A DNA stretch of 64,000 nt. Source: a virus. Both the position numbers and the translations under genes were made by a program. Position 1 is the stretch's first letter, and each line of letters begins with the position of its first letter. The stretch is from IMG/VR virus record IMGVR_UViG_3300029258_005088, one strand, 5' to 3'. Positions 9,526-18,751 of the stretch are shown one piece after another. The notes below the pieces were generated by a model, which made no database searches, had not been told where the DNA came from, and saw only the letters and a program-made list of their open reading frames with translations.

Positions 9526-11433
9526 CTATTCCTCTTCTTTCTCTTCGACGGTTTCTTCGGGAACCTCCGCAGGCTCCTGATCCTCTTCTTCCTTGGCCTC
9601 CGGAGCGGGAGCGTGGTCTTTCTCCTCGGGCGTCGGCTCCGGCAGCTCTTCCTTGGCTTCCTCCTGTGGAGTGGCCGCGGAATTTCCTTTGACGCTCTTA
9701 CGGGTGATCTCGCCCTTTTCGGTGCGCTCGAGGACGTCGTCTATGATCTTCTGAGCTTCCTCGGGCTTGTCGTAGGGCCACTTGGCGCTCCACTTCAGAT
9801 CGTCGTCGTCCGAGTAGTCGTAGTCCTGCAGATAACCTCTAACGGCCTTCTCCACCATGTCCACGGTTATCATGTCGAGGCACTTCGGGATGATCTGGCC
9901 CGACTCGCTGACCACGGGCATCTCGCACAGCCTGGTGATCTTGTGCTTCTGTCCGCTGGGCGTCTGGTGCTCGTCGTCGTAGTCCTTGTCGTCACCATCT
10001 CCAAGAGGCATTACCCTGGACTTCCAGCAACCGCCATGAGAGCAGCAGGGAAGCATTCCGCAGGTATGCAGGAACTGATGGGTGCTGTAGGCTTCCCACA
10101 TGACGGGCTCCCTGCCACCGGCTATCACGACGCACGGCCTCGTATTCCTCCTGTATCGGGGATGCATGGGAACGGCCGTGGCCAGGTGCATGGGAAAGGA
10201 CACCGGAGTGACGATGCCTGCGCTATGATAAACCAGACGGATCAGCTGCCTGATCGTAGTCTTGCCGATGAGGTTGATGACGTTGTCGCCTTTCAGCTCC
10301 GGGTGGAAGTGGGGGTTCTTCTTGTCCGTATTCGCACCGATCTGCACCCAGGTGATGTCCGGCGTACGGTCCACGAGCTCCTGAAAGCGAGCCACTTCCC
10401 AGTGCTTCGCGGTATAATCCGATTTGCGGCCGGCATCTATGATCCAGTACGGCAGGTTCTTTCCCTCGAGCTCCCATATCTGCGAGTACCACGACTTCTC
10501 CTGGTCGGAGATGTAGATGGCGCCTGCGGGAGTGGTCTGGTCGATGGGCATTCCGAGCTTGGCCTCGAGGTCCTTGCGAAACCCGTGGCAGAAGTGGTGA
10601 GCGCCTTTGTTGGCCGTATTGATGAGCTTGTACTCGGCCTGGATCCACATCACCTCGGGATCGTCGTCCTGGATGTCGACGTCGTTGTTCGGGTTGTTCA
10701 TCCAGATATCGGCGGCCGGAGTTCGCATACGGGTCTTGAACAATCCCGGATAGCTCTTGTGAAGATCGTCCACAGCCCTCGACAGCATGAGGATGTCTCC
10801 GGGGCTCTGATGCTGGGAGATCATGAGCTTGATCGGCGTCTTGCACTCTTCTATGATGTTGGGTGCTCCCGGAGGACGCTCGGCCAGAACCATGCGTACC
10901 TTGGAAGGACTCCCTATGGCTCTCTTGCTCTGCTCCAGAAACGCCGAGATCGTCGGCTTCCCGTCGTTAACCGTCCTGGTGACGTCCACTGGGTTCACGG
11001 CACGACCAGTCGTGGATGACGGAAGCTTCTGGGTCTTGCGCATGGCCATGGAACGCTTGAGGATGCCGGCATAGCGTTGTTCTATGCTGTTCCTCGGAGT
11101 GGGAGCACGGAAACCGTTCGGAGCGGGCTGTGCGGGTGTATCGCGCTGTGGCTGGAACTTCACCTTTCCTTGCTTCATCTGTTCGATGAACTGTGGCGAC
11201 ATCTTGATGACCTTGCCTGCAAGCTGTTCACGGGGAACGCCCATCTGCTCCGCCATGATGCCGATCTCTTCCTCGGTCAGCTCGCGGTTGCCGTCGGCAT
11301 CGGACACGGGTGTCGGGACGGGCTCGCGCTCACCCATAGTCAGTGCCTTGCTGGGATCCGGTGGAGGCGTAGGTTGCTTGACGCCCAGTACCTCGCTCAT
11401 CGGAATGGGTTCGTTCTTCTTCTTGTCACTCAC
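9526..11433 (-). CDS. GT9 (heptosyltransferase-like) glycosyltransferase with long low-complexity termini
   Basis: SPGDILML, AKHWEVARFQEL, VQIG, NLIGKTTIRQLIRLVYHSAGIVTPVSFPMHLATA. Confidence 0.85.
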   Translation of the reverse strand: MSDKKKNEPIPMSEVLGVKQPTPPPDPSKALTMGEREPVPTPVSDADGNRELTEEEIGIMAEQMGVPREQLAGKVIKMSPQFIEQMKQGKVKFQPQRDTPAQPAPNGFRAPTPRNSIEQRYAGILKRSMAMRKTQKLPSSTTGRAVNPVDVTRTVNDGKPTISAFLEQSKRAIGSPSKVRMVLAERPPGAPNIIEECKTPIKLMISQHQSPGDILMLSRAVDDLHKSYPGLFKTRMRTPAADIWMNNPNNDVDIQDDDPEVMWIQAEYKLINTANKGAHHFCHGFRKDLEAKLGMPIDQTTPAGAIYISDQEKSWYSQIWELEGKNLPYWIIDAGRKSDYTAKHWEVARFQELVDRTPDITWVQIGANTDKKNPHFHPELKGDNVINLIGKTTIRQLIRLVYHSAGIVTPVSFPMHLATAVPMHPRYRRNTRPCVVIAGGREPVMWEAYSTHQFLHTCGMLPCCSHGGCWKSRVMPLGDGDDKDYDDEHQTPSGQKHKITRLCEMPVVSESGQIIPKCLDMITVDMVEKAVRGYLQDYDYSDDDDLKWSAKWPYDKPEEAQKIIDDVLERTEKGEITRKSVKGNSAATPQEEAKEELPEPTPEEKDHAPAPEAKEEEDQEPAEVPEETVEEKEEE

Positions 11434-12121
11434 TGTCTTTCTCCTGCTGTTCCTTGAGCCTTAGCTGCTGTCCCTCGATAACAACGTTGACGAAGTCGTC
11501 CAGTCTGCGGATAAGCTTCGAATAGGAGACGTTCGACGGCCATACGCCACGATCCTCCAGCTGCTTGACGACCTGCTTCTTCAGATCGTCGTCCAGGGAG
11601 TTGACGATCGTCAACATCGAGTTGTACTCTCCGACGTCCTCCAGCCACCCCGTGTTCAGACCATTGGCCATCTTCTTGACGGTGAACAGGTAGCAGAAGT
11701 AGGTCTGGACGAAGTAATGGGACCATACGGCATACGCCTCGCGTCCCTTGGGGATCTCGTCCAGTCTCTCGTACAGACTGCGGAACTGGCACAGGCCGTT
11801 GAGGTTGTCCTGAAGAGACTCGTTCCAGATCTTGGCCATGAACTGCCCGATGGTGTCAAGAGCCAGGCGGCCCTCGGCATCTTCCGGGTAGAAGATCTCG
11901 GTGGCGGCGGTAAGCGACTCCTTCATGAAGAAGCCGAGACAATGACCGATGTCCCGGAACTCCGGATCGCTTACGAGGCCGCTCTCCTTCGAGACGACCC
12001 CTGCCCAGTGCTTGTTCTCCTTCCCGTCTCGTCCGACGAGCTGGGTGTTTCTAAGGTACTTGGCTCCACTGAAGCTGCCTTTCGGCTGTGGCTTTCTGGG
12101 CTTTTTGTTCTTCTTGGGCAT
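11426..12121 (-). CDS. Hypothetical protein
   Basis: 231-aa ORF with RBS; basic N-terminus, helical body. Confidence 0.6.
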   Translation of the reverse strand: MPKKNKKPRKPQPKGSFSGAKYLRNTQLVGRDGKENKHWAGVVSKESGLVSDPEFRDIGHCLGFFMKESLTAATEIFYPEDAEGRLALDTIGQFMAKIWNESLQDNLNGLCQFRSLYERLDEIPKGREAYAVWSHYFVQTYFCYLFTVKKMANGLNTGWLEDVGEYNSMLTIVNSLDDDLKKQVVKQLEDRGVWPSNVSYSKLIRRLDDFVNVVIEGQQLRLKEQQEKDSE

Positions 12122-12139
12122 GATTCCTCCTGCAGGTCT

Positions 12140-13519
12140 CTATATCTGTGCTTGTTTCCATTTGATCTCTTCGTCCTTCCTGTCCTCGCGGAACACCATC
12201 TCGCTCATCACCGTTCCCTGCATGAGCTGGGTCTTGAGCACGTAATGATCCGGAAGGATCTCGGCCCATGCCTGGAGCAACACCGGGTCATTGTCCTTGA
12301 CTCCTTGCTCGAACGCGGTATACAACGGTCTTCCGACCTTTCCCTTCATGCAACCCGTACATCCGCCCGGCTGTCTCTTGGCCTTCTCGTACTCGTCCAT
12401 GGCGTGCTTCACCTCGCCGGAGCCGAACCTCGCAGGAACCTTCTCGATGAATGCCGATGCCTTGTCCAGTATGACGGTGGGAGTGACCATGTGTTGCTGT
12501 ATGTCTCGAGCTGCCTTCAGGTAACTGCGCTTGCTGTCCGCGGGCAAAGTGACCTTGACCCTCTTCGGGTCTATGCGTTTGGTGAGAGCGAGAACTCCGT
12601 GGAGCGCTCTGTTGAGATAATCCGTAGGCAACCTGGGTATGCGAGCGTTTATTATGCCCGTACTGACCGTGCGTATACCGTAACTCGCAAGCGCGTTGTA
12701 GATTCTCATGGAGCCCGATCTGATGTCGTCGTAGACGCTCTCCTTCCTCTTGATCGAATCGGCGTGCGGAACCTCGTCGTATACGAAGAAATCGTCTACC
12801 TGGCCGCCGAGGACGACGCCAGTCAGTATGATATTGTGACAGCCCATGAGAACTGCCAGGGAAAGAGCGGTGGTGAACGAAGAGTCGTGGCCGGCATCGG
12901 TCACTCCCCTAGGATCCTTGAGCCACTCGTCGAAGGGCGTGTGCGACACCGAGTAGGACAAGGTATTGGCACAGGTCGCCGGAGTGAGCTTCGCCTGTTT
13001 CTTGGTCATCGGATCCCACAGCCCGTTGCCATAGCTGTCCTCATTGACGAACGCCTGTATGCGTTGAGACTCCATGGGCTTCGGCAGATAGTTCAATATG
13101 TCCTGCCTCCCCAGCCAGAAGTCCATCTCCACGTCTGTATAGCTGATGTTTCCGAGACCTATGATCGGCAGGCCGTATCCTCGAGCGACCTTGATGAACT
13201 CCTTGTCCAGAGTCGGGGCAGTTCCGGCTATGACGCACGTACCCCTGGAGAACAGGCCGCAGGGACCTTGTACGGCCTGTCCGTCGACCTTGAAAGGGTG
13301 AAGGGTCCTGAGAGTCTTCTGCAGGTTGTTGTAGCGACCCAGTGCGTCCATGTTGTAGGTGATCGTGGGTCTCTTTCCCTCTCGTATACCAAGGAGATCG
13401 TCCATCTTTCGGACTCTCTCGAACAACCTGTTGTCGTCCGTGCCGTTTGGAGTGACGGCAAGCATTATCCTCAAGTCACCGGACTCAATCGCTTCCTTGG
13501 TCAGACCGTACTGTGGCAT
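12140..13519 (-). CDS. Maf/DUF115-like (motility-associated factor-type) transferase domain protein
   Basis: CVIAGTAPTL, IIGLGN, SFTTALSLAVLMGCHNIILTGVVL; C-terminal CxxC. Confidence 0.6.
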   Translation of the reverse strand: MPQYGLTKEAIESGDLRIMLAVTPNGTDDNRLFERVRKMDDLLGIREGKRPTITYNMDALGRYNNLQKTLRTLHPFKVDGQAVQGPCGLFSRGTCVIAGTAPTLDKEFIKVARGYGLPIIGLGNISYTDVEMDFWLGRQDILNYLPKPMESQRIQAFVNEDSYGNGLWDPMTKKQAKLTPATCANTLSYSVSHTPFDEWLKDPRGVTDAGHDSSFTTALSLAVLMGCHNIILTGVVLGGQVDDFFVYDEVPHADSIKRKESVYDDIRSGSMRIYNALASYGIRTVSTGIINARIPRLPTDYLNRALHGVLALTKRIDPKRVKVTLPADSKRSYLKAARDIQQHMVTPTVILDKASAFIEKVPARFGSGEVKHAMDEYEKAKRQPGGCTGCMKGKVGRPLYTAFEQGVKDNDPVLLQAWAEILPDHYVLKTQLMQGTVMSEMVFREDRKDEEIKWKQAQI

Positions 13520-13670
13520 CTTCCTGCTCCGCTGGGGTTTCTATGGTTCTGAATTTATGATTACAGGCATCGCACCTGCGCTCCCTTAGTACCTTCGGAC
13601 GACCGTCCTCGGAGAAAGGTACCGTGAGCTTTACCTGCGTCTTCTCGTTTCCGCACTTGGTGCATTGCAT
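13485..13670 (-). CDS. NrdR-like Zn-ribbon protein lacking the ATP cone
   Basis: MQCTKCG...TQVKLT...EDGRPKVLRERRCDACNHKFRTIE parallels the NrdR N-terminal domain. Confidence 0.6.
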   Translation of the reverse strand: MQCTKCGNEKTQVKLTVPFSEDGRPKVLRERRCDACNHKFRTIETPAEQEDATVRSDQGSD

Positions 13671-13671
13671 A

Positions 13672-14266
13672 TCACTTCTCTGGTTTCTTGTGAAGATCCG
13701 GATCTATCTCGTCGGTGAGATTCCTGACCTGGTTCTGAGCGTCCACGGGCTTGTCTATGCCTATGTGGAGAGGCTTTGATCCCGTGTTCTTGAAAGTCTT
13801 GCAGGACTCGCAGTACTTGGCCTCGACGTCTCCGGTAACGGTCATCATAGTCTTTCCGCAATTGGGACACTTCATAGCTATCTCCTGTTATTTTCCACAC
13901 AGCCGTCGCAGACTACAGAGCCGTCAACCTGCCTATTGGACTTCATCATGGGAACGACCTTGCGGCATCTGTGGCATTGGACGCCCGGCTTTTCGATAAC
14001 GGCTTTCTGCTTTGCGAAGAACTCCTTTGTCTTGTTCTTGGTCATGAATCGTCTCCATGCATCTTACGCAACCACTCCTGAAGGCAGTGGAAGTCGCAGA
14101 AGTCCTGACGAACCGTTCGTACGCTGGGTCCCATGTCCTGGCTATGGTGCAGGATCACCCATCGCAGGAACGGTGTCGGGGCGCCCATCACTCCGGGTTT
14201 CAGATCGTATTCGGCTCTGTGTCCACACTGGTCGCACGTCCGTACTTCCATTTCTCTCTTACTCAT
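13672..14266 (-). other. Three small Cys/Zn-binding proteins (13672-13875, 13878-14045, 14042-14266)
   Basis: Paired CxxC motifs in each; 13878-14045 (55 aa) is not in the ORF track. Confidence 0.55.
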
Positions 14267-15017
14267 CCGGTATCTCCGCTTTGGCTTCCTTCAGGAAATA
14301 TTCGTAAGACTCCGGATGCACGACGTCCGGTCTCTTGCTGTGCGGTCCCAGAGTCTCTCTCAGAGCGAGCTCGTACATATGCAAACGGCCGACCTTCTCC
14401 TTGAACAGGAGCCACTGATCCTTTGCGTCCCAGCGGTCGATGAAGATCTTGAAATCGCATCCTATCTCTTTCGCATCCTTCGAGGAAACCACTCCACGGG
14501 CTTCTGCACGAGCAAGCAATCGCAAAGCACATTGCTTCCACTGCGTCAACTGCGTCGGAGACTTCGCACCGGCTTCCACCTTCGGAACGACGTCCGGAAG
14601 CCACTCCGGCTGATCCGGTTGCCAGTCGTAATCCGACTGGTGCGTGGACCCTTGCTCGAGAAGATGCCAGCCGAAGCGGTCCTCGGTCATAACCCATATG
14701 CCAAGGGCCTGGCATACGTCGCAGAGATCTTTCTTCGTGCCATGGGCCGTCTTCTGAGGGACGAGAACCACTCTGAAGTTCGGTCCCTTCTGCACGATCT
14801 TTCTCCGCACGCTCGGCGAGAGCCTTCGCCCGAACCAGTGCATCGGGGGCAAACACTGGGCCACCACCTTTATGTTGGCGCTGGTCTTGGCTTGCACACC
14901 AATCTGCGTACCATCTCGCACGAGCAGGATGTCCCACCCGCTTGTCTCCGGATAGCACGTCCAGCCATAACTCTCGGCTGCTCTCATGAACGTCTGGCAT
15001 AGTTCAGTTTCCTTCAT
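14259..15017 (-). CDS. Putative PD-(D/E)xK nuclease
   Basis: ETELCQTF...YPETSGWDILLVRDGTQIGVQAK (D...QxK). Confidence 0.55.
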   Translation of the reverse strand: MKETELCQTFMRAAESYGWTCYPETSGWDILLVRDGTQIGVQAKTSANIKVVAQCLPPMHWFGRRLSPSVRRKIVQKGPNFRVVLVPQKTAHGTKKDLCDVCQALGIWVMTEDRFGWHLLEQGSTHQSDYDWQPDQPEWLPDVVPKVEAGAKSPTQLTQWKQCALRLLARAEARGVVSSKDAKEIGCDFKIFIDRWDAKDQWLLFKEKVGRLHMYELALRETLGPHSKRPDVVHPESYEYFLKEAKAEIPDE

Positions 15018-15980
15018 TGACCGTGTCGTCCCACTTCTTGAATCTCTCGGCAAGGCACGTGGAACATACCACCGGGTGCTCCGCATCGGCGAAGTCCTTG
15101 AGACTCGTACAATCGACTTCCACTGAGATGGATACCTTCTTGTCCGGAAACTCCAAGGTGACTTCCTTCATCTTGATGACTCCGTTCTCCTCGGTGACTT
15201 CCTTGCCACATCCATCGCAGTGAAACTTGATCATGACTCTTCCTCCGGGTCCCTTACCTTGAGCATGAACTCGGATTGGTCTATATCGACCTCGACGCTC
15301 TCCAGAGGCACCTCGAAGGCGACCTGGCAGCTATCGTGCGTAAGCCTGAGCTCCAGGGCCTGGATCATGAAGCCGAGCTCCTCTCCGTCTATCGCTATGG
15401 AATACTTGTCCGCTTCCTTGAATATGGATAGCCTACCCAGCGTCTTCTTCATCTTGACTTTCTTTTCTGCGTTCATGTTATCTTGATAACCTCTTGTTCT
15501 TCCTTCTCCTGGAGCCATTCCTCGATGACGTCCTGGATTCCGTTGGCATAGGCCATGTCGTTGTCGCATCCCTTCTTGATCGCCGCAGTACGGAGATCTC
15601 TCCACTCATCGGCCAGTGCCATCACGATAGTGCCTTCTTCCTTTTCACCTGCCTCCGAGATCCGTTGGCCTGCGTACTTTCGGCCTTTCTTTCGGTGGTC
15701 CCTCGGGGTGCCTCTCCCTAGGAACATTCTTATTGCTGCGAACACTCTCGTCTTCCTCTTCGTAATAGGGTTCGTTCTGATATTCGTGATGGAACTTACA
15801 CATGACCGCCTCGCCTGTCTTGTATGGTCCGATCTTTTTCCAACCAAGTTCGTAAAGCCCATAGCTGGTATGGCACTTCTTGCAGGTCAGCTGCTTCACC
15901 GCATCCTGCAGGTTATAATGGATAAGCTCTCCGCACTCGCAAGGTATATGGGCCATCTGCATCTCCGGCTGTGTCATCAC
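15004..15980 (-). other. Four small hypothetical proteins (15004-15234, 15231-15476, 15473-15622, 15645-15980)
   Basis: Coupled start/stop overlaps; two have CxxC pairs. Confidence 0.55.
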
Positions 15981-16315
15981 ATACCTCTCGGCCTGAGGAG
16001 CTCTCCGATGGAGCCTTCATCCCAGTGTTTGTTCTGCTTGTGATAAACATAGGCCCCGGCGGTATCGTCCACGATCACTCGGCCGGGTTGAACGCCGAAC
16101 GCAATGGGGAGGTGGCCGAAGCCCATGTCCTGGAAGAACCTCTTAGTGTTCTCCACGCTCCATTCCTGTCCGGCGTCCTGAGGCCCCCGTTGAGTGATCA
16201 ATACTACCATGTGTCCTCGCCGTTGCAGCGTTTTAAGGAGGACTTTTGCTCCGGCGCAGAACTTGTTCTTATGGTAGTACAGGATCGTACCGTCGAGGTC
16301 TATGAAATAGGTCAT
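15977..16315 (-). CDS. Minimal HAD-superfamily phosphatase
   Basis: FIDLDGT (motif I), VLITQR (motif II), VIVDD (motif IV); start ATG 16315. Confidence 0.8.
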   Translation of the reverse strand: MTYFIDLDGTILYYHKNKFCAGAKVLLKTLQRRGHMVVLITQRGPQDAGQEWSVENTKRFFQDMGFGHLPIAFGVQPGRVIVDDTAGAYVYHKQNKHWDEGSIGELLRPRGM

Positions 16316-16782
16316 AAGTCTTCCGGATCCTCGGAGTCGGCCACCAACGCACAAGGAGCGGAGGAACTCCGCATCTCTATACAATGGCAGGATGGATCGG
16401 GAGACCCGTCGGGTCTGTCGTGCTGGCAGTCGCAGGAAGGTTCGCTGGACTGTTCCTCGTATACCGCGGAATCGAAGAGCTCCTGCGGCTCTTCTTGACT
16501 CTGCGGCGATTCTTCCGCCTCCTCGGCGGCGTTTTGCGCAAGCTCCTGCTGATACTTGTCGATGCAGGCCTCGCACCGTATCTCGTCTTCGTCGGATTCG
16601 GAGTAGGGTTCGTTGGAAAGGATCACGGCATTGCATCCGTCGCACGTGCCTACGAACCCCTTGCCGTCGATGGTTTCGGGGTCAATTCCGTACTCCTCGT
16701 AGAACTCCTCTATGGCGTCTTCCACCTCTACTCCGTCGTAGCTCTTCTCGACGAAGATAGTGCCTGTGATAACAACGGGCAT
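16312..16782 (-). CDS. Acidic Cys-containing hypothetical protein
   Basis: AGGAGG RBS, ATG 16782; CDGC...CEAC, CDC...CHC. Confidence 0.6.
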   Translation of the reverse strand: MPVVITGTIFVEKSYDGVEVEDAIEEFYEEYGIDPETIDGKGFVGTCDGCNAVILSNEPYSESDEDEIRCEACIDKYQQELAQNAAEEAEESPQSQEEPQELFDSAVYEEQSSEPSCDCQHDRPDGSPDPSCHCIEMRSSSAPCALVADSEDPEDL

Positions 16783-16874
16783 GCTTCCTCCTAGAGTTAA
16801 ATTAAGGGACGGGGCTCCTGGGCTTCCTGGGCTAGGTCCCCGTCCCGGGACCTCCAAGCCGGTCTCCACCGCCT

Positions 16875-16903
16875 ATTATAGATATACCGCATATCTATTA
16901 CAA
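16875..16903 (-). promoter_or_regulatory. Sigma70-like promoter with overlapping inverted-repeat operator
   Basis: TTGTAA-17 bp-TATAAT; ATAGATAT-5-ATATCTAT palindrome (16878-16898) covers the spacer. Confidence 0.75.
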
Positions 16904-16925
16904 ACGATTTTATGAAAATGGCAAT

Positions 16926-16958
16926 AAAAAAGCGGTCCGGGGGTAAGTCCGGACCGCT
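16926..16958 (-). terminator. Intrinsic terminator
   Basis: 10-bp stem AGCGGTCCGG/CCGGACCGCT followed by a T run on the minus strand. Confidence 0.85.
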
Positions 16959-17006
16959 GTTCCCTTGAAATCTAGGAGGATTTCATGCGCGGGTTGGAAA
17001 TGTCTT

Positions 17007-17549
17007 CTAAGTTGCCGGAGCCTGTTTCTTGGCGCCGCCGGCAAGTATGCTCTTCAGGCCCTGGTACGAGGACGAGGCGGCATCCGCCACGTTTCCGCCG
17101 AGATCCTTGAATCCCTGTGTGCCTTCGGTGATTCCGAGCTGGCCGGCCATTCCGAGGGGAACGCCCAGAAGCATGGAAAGGATGATGGCTCTCTTGACGT
17201 TCAGAGGTTTGCCCCTCAACGCGTCGATTCCGAGACTACCCGCTCCGGTGGCGACTGCTCCGGTGGCGGCACCTGGCCAGAGCTGACCAAGCTGAGAGCC
17301 CAAAGCGGAGTAAGGACCCGGTTCTGGCGGAAGAGCGGGACCGCCTTCCTGCTGGGCATCGTACTGACGCTCCTGCTCTTCCTTCGACAGAGGCTTGTTT
17401 CCTCTGTTTTCGCCTCTAGGCGCGAAGGCACCATGGCGATTTTCCGAATCAGTGTCTCCCGGCTGTGCTTCTCCGGGGTCTCTGGCTTCCTTGCTGATGT
17501 AACCGAGCATGAAACCCTTGAAGGCGATTGGTGATACTGCTATCGACAT
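17007..17549 (-). CDS. Gly/Ala-rich protein with hydrophobic segments (possible virion or membrane protein)
   Basis: RAIILSMLLGVPLGMAGQLGI; K-x-A motifs. Confidence 0.6.
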   Translation of the reverse strand: MSIAVSPIAFKGFMLGYISKEARDPGEAQPGDTDSENRHGAFAPRGENRGNKPLSKEEQERQYDAQQEGGPALPPEPGPYSALGSQLGQLWPGAATGAVATGAGSLGIDALRGKPLNVKRAIILSMLLGVPLGMAGQLGITEGTQGFKDLGGNVADAASSSYQGLKSILAGGAKKQAPAT

Positions 17550-17587
17550 GATGATCTCCTGTTTTTTGTCTAGTATCGTTTACTTAC

Positions 17588-17616
17588 AATCTACAAAGCA
17601 TTCAACCCTTTGACAA
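17588..17616 (-). promoter_or_regulatory. Sigma70-like promoter
   Basis: TTGTCA-17 bp-TAGATT upstream of ORF 17549. Confidence 0.55.
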
Positions 17617-17634
17617 GGTATTTGCGAGCTTTTC

Positions 17635-18069
17635 TCAACGAGCGCGTCCCAGACAGAACCTCCCGGAATCGCTCAACTGCTTCTTCTGACTCTTCATATA
17701 GCTGTGATAATGGTCCGATATCTTGGTCACCAGATCCATTCGTACGTGACCTACGTTCTCCCATACCGGGGCCTCCTCGGAAACCACCTTGTCGGGATCC
17801 TCTGCATAGAACGCATGGGGTATGGACAGCTCCTCCAGAAGAGGAAGGAGCATCTCCGCTTCGAGGTTGCCGCTTATGTTGACGTCTATGAGGACGAACT
17901 CGTACCCTCGCTCCACGATCTGCTTCCGAGCCTGCTCCACGGTCTCCGCGGTTTCGACCTCGAACGTAATCGGAAGTACGCACCGCGGACAAGGTCCCTT
18001 GGCTCTCCCCAGCGTCCTCTGGAGATCCTCCCGGTGTTTTCGATCATCTTCGACGAGTAGTATTCTCAT
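17635..18069 (-). CDS. Stand-alone response-regulator receiver domain with CxxC insert
   Basis: MRILLVEDD...ETAETVEQARKQI...YEFVLIDVNI; CPRC insertion. Confidence 0.8.
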   Translation of the reverse strand: MRILLVEDDRKHREDLQRTLGRAKGPCPRCVLPITFEVETAETVEQARKQIVERGYEFVLIDVNISGNLEAEMLLPLLEELSIPHAFYAEDPDKVVSEEAPVWENVGHVRMDLVTKISDHYHSYMKSQKKQLSDSGRFCLGRAR

Positions 18070-18070
18070 C

Positions 18071-18727
18071 CTACTTACCTCCTAGGATTTTCGCGAGAAA
18101 GCGTTTGAACCCTTTCCTGCGGCTACTGTTTACGTGTAGCTCTACCTGGCTGGCTTTTTCCTTGATGATCTTTATCTTGTCTTTTGCAGGCCCCTCGGTC
18201 TGGACGAAATCGGCGCTTATGAATCCGATTATGTCGTTGCCTTTCCGTATCGGGTATTTGGCGACTGATCGCACTCCCTGAGATATCAACACTGCCTGGT
18301 AGTAGCATTCCTCGAGCTCTTCCACCTTGTCGAACTGGACTTTCTCGAACGGATCATTCACTAGGAAGCTCACGGCTTCCGGTACGGTACTGACCAAAAT
18401 GTTCTGGGAGCTCTCCTTATGAGAACCTATTCCATTCGCAAGACACTCGTAAGCCCCACTGAGTCTCAGAATGGAATTCCCGTTGATGTACCGTTCCCCA
18501 TTGTGGAACAGGAACAGACTTACTCTGTCCGCGTTCACCTCTACACGAATCTCTACTAGGATTTCTTTGATCTTGACGTCGTTTTCCAAAGTCTCCTTCA
18601 CGAAATGGTTCTTGAACCACTTCGATATCCTGGCGCGGACGATAAGTATCAGCACCAGGATAACCGCACCCGTGGCGAATATAGCCAGGTTGAGGAGACC
18701 TTCGTAAACCCTTTCTGTAATGTCCAT
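18071..18727 (-). CDS. Single-TM + GAF-like domain protein (T4 holin T-like architecture)
   Basis: TM LAIFATGAVILVLILIV; NADRVSLFLFHNG...YE...SVAKYPI...IIGFISADF. Confidence 0.55.
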   Translation of the reverse strand: MDITERVYEGLLNLAIFATGAVILVLILIVRARISKWFKNHFVKETLENDVKIKEILVEIRVEVNADRVSLFLFHNGERYINGNSILRLSGAYECLANGIGSHKESSQNILVSTVPEAVSFLVNDPFEKVQFDKVEELEECYYQAVLISQGVRSVAKYPIRKGNDIIGFISADFVQTEGPAKDKIKIIKEKASQVELHVNSSRRKGFKRFLAKILGGK

Positions 18728-18751
18728 CCGGAACCTCCCGGGAGGTTCCTA

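Noticed and set aside
9460-13552. Long plus-strand ORFs (9460-11019, 11717-13552 and many others)
   Set aside because: Antisense shadows of well-supported minus-strand genes in GC-rich DNA; no RBS or recognisable motifs
17591-17992. Frameshifted alternative C-terminus for the receiver protein
   Set aside because: The stretch beyond 17635 is explained by the promoter at 17588-17616; no slippery site seen
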